Shown here: piece after piece, positions 43,051 to 57,300 of the stretch
How positions within the stretch are numbered: position 1 is the stretch's first letter
Layout of the letters: every line of letters starts with the position of its first letter
Source of the DNA: Chrysomallon squamiferum
Taxonomy: Eukaryota; Animalia; Mollusca
DNA length: 64,000 nucleotides
Direction: 5' to 3'
NCBI GenBank assembly: GCA_012295275.1
Contig: CM022679.1
Location: 31,372,001-31,436,000, forward strand
The notes under the pieces: model-generated
Told to the model about the DNA's origin: nothing
Databases searched by the model: none
Seen by the model: the letters and a program-made list of their open reading frames with translations, nothing else
Program-made: the position numbers and the translations under genes

Positions 43051-46000
43051 ATGTCATATTTTAAAAATAAAACCAGAAAATATCATGTTTATTTCCCCTT
43101 TTATTCATTAAATAAAATAATCCATTAAAAGTGGCTAAAATATCCCAAAATACTTTATCAAAAATGTTTTTAGACTAAAATTTTGTCTAAATTATTTTCA
43201 GCTTATCAAACAAAATTGTTGCCACCTATCGACTCTGTTCAGAACAACTGTCGTCACAGCATCACTACGACTACGGCATGCGTGCCGTCAAGTCTGTCCT
43301 CACTGCTGCAGGGAATCTCAAACTGAAATTCCCTGAGGAGAAAGAAGCCGTTCTTCTCCTGAAAGCCATTAATGATGTCAATTTGCCCAAATTCCTGTCA
43401 CAGGTATGTTTGACTTTTGTAAACAACTGACAAATATTTCATAATGATTTGATTGAGTTTTTGTTTGTTTGTGTTAATCAGAGCTGTAGACTATTGTACA
43501 GAATTCAGAGTCCATGGACTGTCTTGTCAAAATTGTTAGAATGGTTGGAGAAAAAGTGCATATAGACAGTAAGACATCTAAATATTATTTTAATTAATGT
43601 CTCTAGGTAGGGTATCTCAGGGATCCAATACAGTATTTACCTGTCAAATGCAAATACTTCAAAACTATTTTTGGAGTACCATTTAATTTCAACATAATTC
43701 AGATATTACTCTTTATTCTTTATTTTATGAAAAAATACTGATAACAAATTTTCATTTTTTGGTATGTATTTTTTTTAATATTTGGTAGATGTAAACTGAC
43801 TGAGTATTTTTGATTTTAGGATGTTCCACTGTTTGGTGGTATCATCTCTGATCTGTTTCCTGGAGTGGATCTACCAAAACCTGACTATGGTGTATTCATG
43901 GAGGCTCTCAAAGACAACATTGCCAAGCGAAAACTTCAGCCTGTTCCATGGTTCATTGACAAAATTATCCAGGTGTGTATAGCTTTAATGATTGTGCATT
44001 AGATATCTCCTTCATGCTAGATGATGACACAGTTACAATTGCTATTATTTTTCTCATGAATATGTTTCAATATTTATTTATATATTTTCCTACAGCATCT
44101 TTACAATTTTCTCTAAATGTCCTCATTTTCTTTCCTTTGCATATGCATAAAACATATTATCATATTTAGTTCATATAAACTTGTTATCTCATCTAATAAT
44201 TTTATTTATGAATATTTTTATTGTTAGTGTCGAAAGACTAGTATTAAAAGTTTCTCTTATAATGTATATAATTATTAAAATTTTGACTTCTAAAGTATCA
44301 TGTAGCCATCTTTCCTTTTCCTTTGATATATCCATATCATGTTTAGTTCATGTTTCATCCCATCTAATCATTTTGTTTAAGAATATTTTGTTAGTGTTCA
44401 AAATCAGCATATGTAATTCTTGAAATATCATATTCTAAAATATCATCAACAGGTTTACGAGATGATTCTTGTCCGGCATGGTCTGATGATAGTAGGTGAG
44501 CCCCTAGGGGGTAAGACAGTGGGCTGGCAGGTTCTGGCTGACTCCCTGACTGACTTGTGTGTCTCAGGACAGTATGAGGAGTTTAAGACTGTGTACAGGA
44601 TCATCAATCCAAAAGCCATCACCATGGGACAGCTGTACGGCTGTTTTGATCCTGTGTCTCACGAGTGGAGTGACGGTAAGTTGTGGTCTCTAACCACAGT
44701 TTTTTAATTCTCAAGCAATTTCTTCATTTTATTCTATTTTTTAATAACGAATAAACAAAGTCCACATTTTCAATATTATTTTAATCATCAATAGAAATTT
44801 AGTCTTTTAATCAAATGTTATCCAGACATGATTTTTTCCGCTAATCTTTTAAGGAAGGAATATAAGTTTGAGTTTTTAGTTTTTAATTTTTAGTTAAAGA
44901 ATGTGCTGAATGAATAAATGATTATGTCTCAATATTTAGCATAGAGATTTTGTATCTCTCTTTGACTTGGTGTTTCAGTATGTTTATAGTTAACAGTAAT
45001 AAATATAAAATATATAAATATTGTAGTCTACTTATTACATGATCACTGTTTGTTTAGGTGTTCTGGCTAACACATTCAGAGAGTATGCCAGCAACCCGAA
45101 TGAAGACAGAAAATGGATTTTGTTTGATGGTCCTGTGGATGCTGTGTGGATTGAAAACATGAACACTGTCCTGGATGATAACAAAAAAGTATGGAATTTT
45201 TTAAATTTTATTATTGTTATTTAGGTTAATGCAAACAATGTACGCAGAAATAATTGAATGTTTTCATGAATTTAGCTGTATCTTAATATTCATTTATATA
45301 AATAATTATTAATATTTGTGTGTTTGTGTGGATAGATTTTATATCTATATAAATCTATGCACACACACACACACATACACTCACAGTAAATATATGTATA
45401 ATATATATATATATATATTTATTTATTTATTTATTTATATAAATTTTACATTCTTCTCTGTCTAGCTGTGTCTGATGAGTGGCGAGATTATTCAGATGAG
45501 TAACAAAATGAACCTGATCTTCGAGCCAGCCGATCTGGAGCAGGCCTCTCCTGCCACTGTCAGCCGCTGTGGCATGATTTACTTGGAGCCTCACCAGCTG
45601 GGCTGGCGGCCGTTCAAAGACTCGTACATGGAGCATGAACTGCCACCCAAGCTGTCAGCGGAGGACAAGGAGCTGGTTGAGGACCTGTTTGAGTGGCTTG
45701 TGGACCCCTGTCTGCGATACGTCAACAAGTCCTGTAAGACTTTCATCACCACGTCAGACATGCACCTCGTCCAGTGTCTCATGAAGATGTACACATGTCT
45801 AATGGACGAGATTAAAGACACTCTGTCGCAGGAGGTGGAGGAAGGTCAGGACCCCCCTCCAGGCATGTTAACAGCTCAGCAGGTAAATGAAAAATTGTTA
45901 ATTACTTTTTAAACTTTACGTTTTACACAATTTTCAGTTCAAAACTTGTGTTTAATAAAACTAATGTCATAACTAATGTTAAATTTTTTTTTTTTATAAC

Positions 46001-47266
46001 AAAGACTGACAGGAAATAATTAAATGTCTATTATAATTTTTCACAGGAAAAATTTTTAATTTTGTTTCTAATAATTTTTTTTTCACATAATTCTTAGGTT
46101 CAGACAATTTAATATAAATAACTTCTCTTTTTCTCAAATAATATACTTGTTCTTCAGATAATTAAGTTTAGATTTTGTTCTTTTTCAGATAACTCTGTGG
46201 TTGCAAGGTTTGTTTCTGTTCTGTGTCATCTGGACAATTGGAGGCACGATTGTCAGTGAGAGTAGAAAGAAGTTTGACACTTTTTTTCGTACTCTCATTA
46301 GTGGCACTGACCAGAATCATCCCAAACCTAAAAGCATCAAAATCACAAAGGTGAGTTTGTGGGCCTTTTTGTTGTTTTTGTTGATGTTCATTTTAATTAA
46401 TGTTTTGAACATATAAAGATTACATTCTTTGGTTCAAATAAATGGGTTTTTTTTGTTTGTTTTTTTACCAGAATGTCATTTAAAAAAGAATAAAAGAGTA
46501 TTTGTTTTACTTTGACAGAGTAATTCAATCCCAGAGAGAGACACTGTGTTTGACTTCTGTTTTGAAAAGAAGGCCAGTGGTCACTGGATCAACTGGATGG
46601 ACACCATTGACAAGTCACTGATGACCATTTCTCCTAATGCTAAGGTATGGATTTCTTTTTTAAATCAGTACTTCATAGTCTTTATCTAACAAAGCTTTGT
46701 ACTTACTCCTGATATATCAGTCATTGTTAATTCATGTTTCAGTTAATCCTTTTATATCACCATTTATTAATCTCTCTATCCATCTGTTATCCATTAGTTG
46801 TCTATCCAACAGTTATTTAATTTTTCCTGTAACTCATCCATGAGCAGTTATAAGCTTTTGTCTGTCATTGTTCATATAAATAAATGTAATTTGCAACTCT
46901 GCTTTGCTGCGTTCAGAGGAGAAAAAGCATGGACTTTATGGAACCACCAACCAAAAAGGTTGTTTCTAAAATAAAGGTAAGAGTGAATGTCCAGCTGTCT
47001 GTCTGTCTGTCACTGGGGAAAGTCACATGACAGCAGGTTAAATGTTTTATTTTTTATTACCCTCTTTGGAGATCTTTATCAGAACACTATTTTAGTTTAT
47101 TTCACTTTTGTCAAGTTTTTAATAATTGATTTGTCCAATATATTAAGAATATGAAGCCACAACTAAAATTTCACTTGTACACTAGAATATAAACTGTATC
47201 TTTTTTCTTTTTCTTTTTTCTTTCTTTTTCTTTGTTTTATTATTATTGTTATTATTATTATTATTA

Positions 47267-47322
<56 letters not shown>

Positions 47323-47360
47323 TTATAGCTTTATTGTCACATTGTCACTTTTAAGCCACA

Positions 47361-47428
<68 letters not shown>

Positions 47429-48715
47429 AATAATAACTTTTAAAAAATATTCACCTAAATAATTTTGGATAATTATATTTATCACAGTGCATTTTATTTT
47501 TTCACTAATTATTATTATGTTTTTAATTATCTGAAGTAATCACATTAAAGCTTAATCTTTTTTTCTTTTCTGTTTTTCTTTTCCATTTAAAAAAACAACT
47601 AAAATGCAAAGAGTATTTCAGTAGTACTGAATTAATGAAAAATAAAAGATCTTTCAAAATACCAATAACTATGATTGTGTTATTAATAGTAAGAAAAATT
47701 AAAATAAATAGTTTTTCTTAAATAAATTTGAATTAAACAAAATACAACAGTTTCTGTTTAAGTAATCTAATTCTTCTACAGTATATTGTTAATTTAATTG
47801 AAGGTGATGTTAATAATTAATTATTAATTTTAAATATTAATCACAGTAAATATGCAATAAGCAGCACTTGAGGTTAATCATTTAATAAAACTGATATATT
47901 AATGGTTCTGGCATGGAGTACATTTGTAGTTATATGCATAGAAAAGAATTCGCTTAGTGGTTTTCATCATCATCATCATTATTTATTTATTTAATTATTC
48001 ATATTTATATATTCATTGTTGGGACATTTTCTTCATTGAATCAATTTTAATTAAGACAATAATAATAATAATATAAAATAAAAATAAATGATTAAATTTC
48101 AGGTGTCGGAGTTGATTATCCCTACCAAGGTGACTGCTCGACAGAGCTATTTTCTCGGTCTGTATCTCTCTCACGAGATGTCCATGCTGTTTATTGGGCC
48201 AACCGGAACTGGAAAATCAGCCATCACAAACAGTCACCTTCTAGGACTGCCAAAAGATTTGTAAATAATATTTATGTATTGATTTATATAATAATATTTA
48301 TGTATATTCTTGTTCAATGTTTGGTGTGTGTGTGTGTGTGTGTGTTGCCTTTATGTGGATGTATATGCCTAATGTGTTGTGAATTGGTGTTCTCTATGTG
48401 TCTGTATGTGAGTATGTGTGAGTGAGTGAGTGTGTATATATGTGTTTTTCATTTGTTTATGTGTGCTACTTGAATTTTATAAATATTCAGTACTGATTAC
48501 ATTTTAACATTGACATATGACATTCTTTACAGATACATTCCCAACTGTATCAACTTCTCTGCAAGGACATCAGCTAATCAGACTCAGGATATCATCATGT
48601 CAAAACTCGACAGGTAGTGCTGTTCTCCAAATAATATATCTGTTTCTACACACCAGCTAATCATGGATATTCTGAATTATATCTATATATATATTGTTTT
48701 TTTTAAATAATTAAT

Positions 48716-48758
<43 letters not shown>

Positions 48759-49365
48759 TTGTTTTCTAATTTAGGTTCATTGTGTTATTAATGTTAAAAA
48801 TTATTCATATGTTTTTATCATAAAAGAAATAGCTTTATTTTTTATGATATTATTAAAATTTTAATTTGGTTATTATATTCTTATTCTTATTATTCTTATT
48901 GTTATTATTATTATTATTACTACAGACGTCGTAAAGGACTCTTTGGTCCTCCAATGGGAAAGAAATCTGTGGTGTTTGTGGATGATTTGAACATGCCTGC
49001 CAAAGAGAAATATGGGGCTCAGCCACCTATAGAGTTGTTGCGACAGTGGCTGGATCATGGACACTGGTATGACAGGAAGGACACATCAAAACTTTTCCTT
49101 GTCGATGTTGTAAGTACAGAATTGAAACAGTTAAAGAAATATTTCTGTTTTAGTAACATGTATCTAAATATACTCTGCATGTATCCCACTGATAATTTTA
49201 TTTGTTTCTAATTAAACTGTATTGTGCTAGTATTTTTAATGCTTACAGATAACTGCATTATGTTGATCATCAATCTAATCTTTGCTAATAATAAACTATA
49301 AAAGTCATGATTTTTGTGGATGTTTTGCTTTTTGTTCACTCTTTTTATCTGATTTCAGTACTAAT

Positions 49366-49397
<32 letters not shown>

Positions 49398-49648
49398 TTT
49401 ATTTATTTATTTATTTATAAATTTATTTATATATTTATTTTTAGCTGTTTGTGTCTGCTATGGGACCACCAGGAGGAGGTCGCAATGACATCACAGGAAG
49501 ATTCACCCGTCACCTCAACATTGTCTCCATAGACGAGTTTGATGATGACACAATGACAAAAATCTTCACCAGTATCACTGACTGGCACTTCTCCAAAGGC
49601 TTTGAGGGATCATTCCCCAGAAATGGAAAGGTAGATAGATTCCTGTAG

Positions 49649-49679
<31 letters not shown>

Positions 49680-50981
49680 TTACAGATGATAAATCATATA
49701 TTCAAAAATTTCACAGAGATTTTACTCAAAATAAGACAATATATATATAATTTTATATTCTTTTGTATATATGTTGTGAGTTTGTTACATATAATTTATT
49801 ATCTTGTTATAAGATTTTTTCATTAATGATGTATTCCTGATGGAAGAAATCAAATATATAATTGAAATTAAGATATATCATAAACATCAATATCTATTTC
49901 AAGTTTTACTTTAAAGTTTTATAACTATTCTACAGCCATATATAATTAAAATTAAAATAGATCATAAACTTCAATATCTTTTTCAAGTTTTACTTTAAAG
50001 TGTTATATCTATTATCATATGTGATTAAAAACTTCAGTTTCTGTTTCACATTTTACTGCAACATTTTTACATCTACTCCACAGTTATTTGTGATAAAAAA
50101 AGAATTAAAGCTTTATCGTTAGAACTTTAAACGTAGACTTTTAAAGTAAACTTTGACTTTGTGTTTTTCTAGCTTCTGGTTGCTGCTACAATGGGGGTGT
50201 ACAAAGAAGCCATTGTGAACTTTCTTCCCACTCCGACAAAGAGTCACTACGTGTTCAACTTGAGAGATTTTTCGCGAGTCATTCGAGGAGTTCTGCTTGT
50301 GCCACACACACACATGCAAGAACCGGAGAAGTTGATGAGACTGTGGATTCATGAAGTGTACAGAGTGTTCTACGACAGGCTCACTGACCACCAGGACAGG
50401 TCAGAGATACACCATTTTCACTGTTGTTTCATCTTAGCTTGTCAATTAAAATGCACATATCAGTATTTTTAAATCAAAATTAATGCTGTTGATACTAAAG
50501 AGGAAAGAACTATACTACATTTAAACCATTATTTCAAAAAAATAAATAAATGCATATACATATATATATTCTATTTAGACAAAAATTTCATTTTTAACAT
50601 ATGTTCTATTTTTGACTTATAATAGTAATATATTATATACACATATCTATATACAATTATTATTATATTTGAAAACAAAATTTCTTCTTTTTTTCTTCAT
50701 GTTATAGTTCTTTTTGGTAACATTAATATTTTGTTTTTAGGGTAACTTTCTGCAAAATAGTCCGAGAAGAGTGTCAGAATCACTTCAAACAGAATCTAGA
50801 CAAGATTCTGGGTCACCTCTCCAAGAGTGGAACTGTCGAGGATGAACACATCCGCAGTCTGTTCTTTGGTGACTACATGAACCCCGACAACAAGGTGTAC
50901 GATGAAGTCACTGATCTCAAAGAGTTGACAGCGGTAATGGAGCAGTAAGTAGAAAGTTTTTCATTATTATTATTGTTATTA

Positions 50982-51023
<42 letters not shown>

Positions 51024-51144
51024 TTACTATTACTATTATTATTACTACCACTACTAGTTTATGTAGTAGTAGTAGTAGTAATATTACTGTTATTATTATT
51101 ATTATTGCTATTATTATTACTGTTATTATTACTGTTACTATTAC

Positions 51145-51219
<75 letters not shown>

Positions 51220-53719
51220 TACAATTATTATATTAATTTTTAATCATATAGAAATTAAATGATAATGATTTGTTAAACCTTTCCATTGTCTTACTATTTC
51301 TAATTAAACAAATTGTAATCTCTGAATATTGTTTATTTGTCTTAATATATTTTTATACAATTGTAGCAAAGTTTTTTTAAAGATGCATATTAATCTTTAA
51401 TGTTTGAACTTTTATAAATCTTATTCCAGTTTTGGGATCAATATATTTCCTGGTAAAAAAAAAACAATTACTTTTTATTTTCCTTTGTACTGAATGTTTG
51501 TTTAATAAATCTTTGCTTTTCAGATCTATCGATTTAATTTTTTCATATTTCTTCATTTTCTGACTTTGTGGTATATTGTGTTCATTTATTTATTTTTCAT
51601 AAGCTTGGCATTAAATGATATAAACTTCAGTTTCATTCATTTTTATACATCTGTTCATCAGTTGCTGGGTTTTTTCTCATTTCATGAAGGACCTGAATTT
51701 ATCACAATTTTCTCAGATATAATTTTTAAATAGCTTTAACTGAGATAAATATTAAAACTTCAAAGTTTTCAGAATTTTACTAAAGATAAATAAAACATTT
51801 TTGAGACAAATATTCAATTTACATTTTAATAAATGTAAACTTATTTCAGCATTTTGAAGGATAAATGTGATAAACATTTTTTTTAAATCTGTTTTTTTTT
51901 ATTAACTTTTTGAATAATGAGGAATTTCTTTTTAGTCGTTACAATTTTATGGTAGAACTGTGAGTAAATAGAAAAACAAAAATACAAAACACTTTTTTTA
52001 CACTTTAACTGTTGTAATTTTTTTTTTTTTTTTTTTTTTACATTGAAAAAATCTTTATATTAATATGTCTTTTTTATTACAGTTCACATCCATTTGGATA
52101 TGTCTATTTTTCATACTTTGTTTCTTCTCTTTTTAAATTTTTTTCTCTTTTTTCACAAATTAATAAGACGTTACAATTATATGGTTAATTAGTAAGTAAA
52201 TGTCAAATTGTTTTGAGTACATTACAAACACAGATTTTTGTTTCACACTGATTGTGTACATGCTCCAACTATTATATAAAATTAAATAAATAAATAAATG
52301 TATACTAACTTGTATTTACTGTTTATATTTTTATAAATTGAGAAACTATTAAACAAACTCCCACTTGTCAATATATATATATATATATATATATAATGAT
52401 AACAGCAACAATGAATGGTTGTCATAACAACTATAATGACAGCCACAGTAATGTTAAATATATTTTTTGTTAATATATTGATTTAAAAAATAAATAAATA
52501 AAAGTATGAAACTAATAATAATGATAATATTAAATGATACTGTATGTTTTAAAAGAAAATGTAGAATCACTGAAAGCATGAAGACACATTTACATTCAAA
52601 TTTACATGTGAACACAAATCTATTTTTCTTTGTTCACTGTTAGACAACTCAGTAATCACTTGTAGTATATGTGTACACTATTTGATTTATAAAGCTTAAA
52701 CCATGTAATTAACCACTAATTAAAATTGTTCCTCTACAAAATTCAAGGAATTGTAAATGTCAGAATGATTTATAACAATGATTGATCATAAAGGAACAAT
52801 TTTTTTTATTTATCATAAATACTTATGTTTACCAGTTATTATATTTATAAAGACTACTACAAATTTTTTAAAGGAAACTGAAATATTATTTTTACACAAG
52901 TTAAAAACTTAAAATTCATTAACTATGTTATTTTACCAGCTTTTCTAATACCTTTTTTAAAATTGTTGTCATCCTGATAAATTACTTTTTTCTTTGAAAA
53001 AACAAAATATCTGGGTTGATCACAGTTTTGTTGGTGAAAAGATAAATATTGTTCACTGTTTGTCAATATGCAGAACATTGATACATTGATGCTTCCTACA
53101 TCACTGTTTTTAAATCTAATTATTAATTATTTTTAAAATTGTGTTCCTATGATGTTATTCACAGCATTTAGTGTGCATCTTATATAGCTGTAATGAACTG
53201 TTTTGGTACAAAATACTATGGTTTGTGTTTTTTCATTAATAAGATAATATATTAATAATTTAATGTTTTCATCATGTATGGAGAAATGTCAATTATTATC
53301 CTAACAGTATTTAGTTATCCATGTGATGAAGTTTAAATATGTATTAGGCTTCTTATTTTTATTTTGTTTTAATGTTTTTAGTGTAGGACAAGGATTGTCA
53401 ACTTTTTCATTGCAATATAGTTGTTTAGTTGCATTGAACTGAAAGTATAGTTTGTCAGTAGGAACATAACTGATTTAAAATGTTATAGAAATTGCGCCAG
53501 ATATTATTTACCTCATAGTTCTGCATCTTCAGCTCAGTTTGAGAGTAGATTCAAAGATATCACATTGCAATCAGAACTGTGTCACGATTCACACAACTCT
53601 TTGTAACGGTTGAAGACTGGGTTGTCTATCTGAGTTTAGATTCTGGTTTTAAGCTGACAAAAGATTTTTTTTTAAAGCTCCAGATTTAAAAACAAAATAA
53701 TTTTTTTGCAGAAATGAGC

Positions 53720-53771
<52 letters not shown>

Positions 53772-54184
53772 ATGTGTGTGCTTGTATGTATATGTTTATG
53801 TATGTATGTATAGAGAGAGAGACAGAGAGATCCAGATGTCTATAAAACTTTATAATCTTTATAACATACCTATAGCTATATTTATATCTATCTATCTATC
53901 TATCTGTCTATCTGTATATCTGTTGTCTAGCTATATATGTTACCTGTTTGATTTTGCAGTTACCTGGATGAGTACAACACAATGAGTAAGGCTCCCATGC
54001 ATCTGGTCATGTTTAAGTTTGCTATTGAACACATTTCTCGTGTGAGTCGAGTCTTGTTACAGGATAATGGACATGCCCTCCTTGTTGGTAAATATTATTA
54101 TTATTATTATTATCATTATCATTGTCATTGTCATTGTCATTATTATTATTATCATTATCATTATCATTGTCATTGTCATTGTCA

Positions 54185-54227
<43 letters not shown>

Positions 54228-54262
54228 CATTGTCATTATCATTGTCATTGTCATTGTCATTG

Positions 54263-54302
<40 letters not shown>

Positions 54303-57300
54303 CATCATTATCATTATTGTTGTTATTGTTGTTATTGTCGTTGCTGCTGTGGGTATTTTTATTATTATTTGTTCTTGTTGTTACTACTAATACTACAACT
54401 ACTACTACTATTATTATTATTAGTAGTAGTAGTATTTCAGAATATATGGTAATGAAACTGTGTTATATACTGAAAAATGATTTTGTAAACAAACAAAAAA
54501 CAGAAAAACCCAGATAAAATATTTAATTTACAATAATTGAATTCTCCATTTTCTGTGGGGTTTTTTTCTTTCTAAATTCTAATTTTTAAAAAAAAATTAA
54601 ATTTTCTTTCCCTCTTTCTTTTCATTCTTTTGTTGTTGTCAATTGGTTTATTTGTTTGTTTTTGTTTTTTTATCTCTTTTCATTCACATAATAAACTAAA
54701 TCTGTGTTGACAGGTATTGGAGGGTCTGGACGGCAGAGTGCAGCCAAGCTGGCAACATTCATGGCTGACTATGAACTGTATCAGATTGAGATCACTAAGA
54801 ACTATGGAACCAGTGAGTGGAGAGAGGATCTGAAAAAAGTAACATTTCCAATCATTTCTTTTAAATTATGAATTAATACTTTGAAGTTAAGCATCAAAAA
54901 TGTAAAATTTTGGTTATAATGTTATATGTTTAGACTTCTGTGATAGATGATGAAACTTTAAATTCTTTTCTGCAAATTGAGACTGGTCAAAATCTGGGGT
55001 AGAAATTAAGAATGGTCAAATTGTTTCACTTATATGACTTTACTGGGTAGGAACCAACCATCACTGTTCTTACTTTATGTGTTATTTTAGCACATAATTT
55101 CATTTCATACTTGACTGAAATAAATTACCAATATTTTCTGAAAGGTGAACGTAATGGTACATATGTAACTGAATAAATCTATATACAGATATGTAAATAT
55201 TGTCTTTGAATTTCACTTAATGCTTTGAACTTTAGTTGTAACCCTAATATATATATTCAGCTAACCAGTAATTCTCACAATGATACATTTGCCATTTTTA
55301 TTTCTATATATTTTTTTTTATATATTTCAGCTTCTTGTAAAGGCAGGTACAGAGGGCAAACCGACTGTGTTTCTGTTTTCTGACAACCAGATTAAAGATG
55401 AGTCATTCATGGAGGACATCAGTATGATTCTAAACACTGGTGATGTCCCTAACATCTTCCCATCAGATGAGAAAGCAGAAATCATTGAGAAAATGCAGGT
55501 GGTTGCAAGGAACGAGGTAAGATATTGGCTTCCCATGATGTTATTAAAATATGTGTTTTAATGTGTGGTTTTTATGATTGTATTAAAATATAAGTGTGTG
55601 AGTTTGTAACTAATTTAAAAAAGAGCTGAGGAAAGGTGAGAATTAATTTTTATATATAGTAAAATAAGTTTGTGTGTTTTTTGTCTTTGTTATTATTTCA
55701 AAAATTTAACTTCCACTGATGATTCAAGCATGTCTTTCTTGCCACATAATTTAAAAATTAAACTTCTCTGTGCTTGAGAGTGTTAAGAAGATTAGTTAGG
55801 AGGAAAGTGATGGTACAGTGTGTTTACAACACATCAAATTGTTCTGAGGAAGAGAGTGTAAGACGTGATGCCAGGACCTAACACTCTTTGAAAAAATAAC
55901 TTTACCACTATAACCACTGAAACAGGTTAAATTTGTTTAGATAAAGAGTCATATCTAAGCATGGATATATACATTATTTTCACCTTATTTCTTTTTAATA
56001 CATAAATTATGCTGATATTATTGATACCAAATTATATGAATATTTGTCAGTTTGTGAATTTCATAAACCAGTATTTAACTAGAATTTATAACAGGTAGTA
56101 TTGTATATTTATTTATTTTGAGGAGTTTTTGCTTGTTTTTGGTTTTTAGTTTTTTTAATCTATATTTATTTAAAAGCAAACTGAATTGATTATGACATGG
56201 TAATATAGTGACAAACAAATAAATAAACTTATCTACATGTTGTTTGAAAATAATGAATGCTGTATTTTTTCAGGCATCTATAATGGTAATTTAAAGTTAT
56301 TTTAACTTCATCTGTAATCTTCTATGCTTTATTGTATTAATGCATGATTTAACCAATCTTTGCTTAATTTAACTATATATACTTTTATATGTACATAAAT
56401 TTAAATATTTATATGTATAGTTTACTATAGTTTAGTAAAACTACGTAAATGTTTCTATATATTATTACTTCCTCCCATACTCTGCTTTCATTTCATTAGA
56501 AAAGTCTAAAAAGCAATACAGTAATTGTTTTTATGTGTTAGTATATACGTTTCTGATAATTGGAATGTATGTGAAAATATCATTCATATATTTCTCTTTG
56601 TTGTAAATAGTAGAACTAGATATAGATATGTGAAGTATGTATAATAGTGAATATATATGTAAATATATGCTAATGTAGTTATTTTATTGTCTTTAGAACC
56701 TATACTAGAACCTATTGTGTACTAGAAATCATCCCATTTTTTTTTTTCTGTACACATACATATTTTTAATTTCCTGATAAATTTTAGAAAATCTCTAATT
56801 ATCTTAATAATCATTATTTAGAAATTCTTTCATATATTAATTTTTTTTACATATCTTTTTTAAATTTAAAGAACTAAAAAAATAGTTTTAATACAGAGTA
56901 TACATTAGTCACATTTGTAAAGTTATGATTTAAATATAATCCACAGAAATAAATATAAATGTAACTGTGGATATTATATTTTTATTTTTTTTTTTTTTTT
57001 TTTTAAATTATTTTTTATTTTTTATATTTTGACTTAGTTGTACAATGTATACAGAAATAATTTCAAGATAAAATAAAATAAATTTTATATTTTTATTTTC
57101 AGAGAAATATGGGACTAGTATGTTTCATGTAACATATTTCATTTTTTTAATTTGTTTTATGTTTCTGCATGCTTTTTTTTTTTTTTTAGTTTTTTCATTT
57201 AAATGTTAAAATTTAAAAAAAAAAAAAAAATTTAAATTAAGTTATTTTAAATTTATATATCTCACATTGACACTTCTTTAAACTAATATTACCAGATCTG

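Noticed and set aside
47782-47803. 22-nt AG...GT segment
   Set aside because: Frame-shifting, with a weak donor (gtgatg).
53506-53635. Possible antisense exon with a GAG|gtaaat donor
   Set aside because: Stops in all three frames and no partner exons found.
54714-54740. AAA4 P-loop GSGRQS lacking the Walker A lysine, as a sign of decay
   Set aside because: This variant is normal in axonemal dynein heavy chains, and the reading frame is intact.
55860-55926. tRNA/SINE-like A-box on the minus strand
   Set aside because: No convincing B-box or cloverleaf; at most a decayed repeat fragment.
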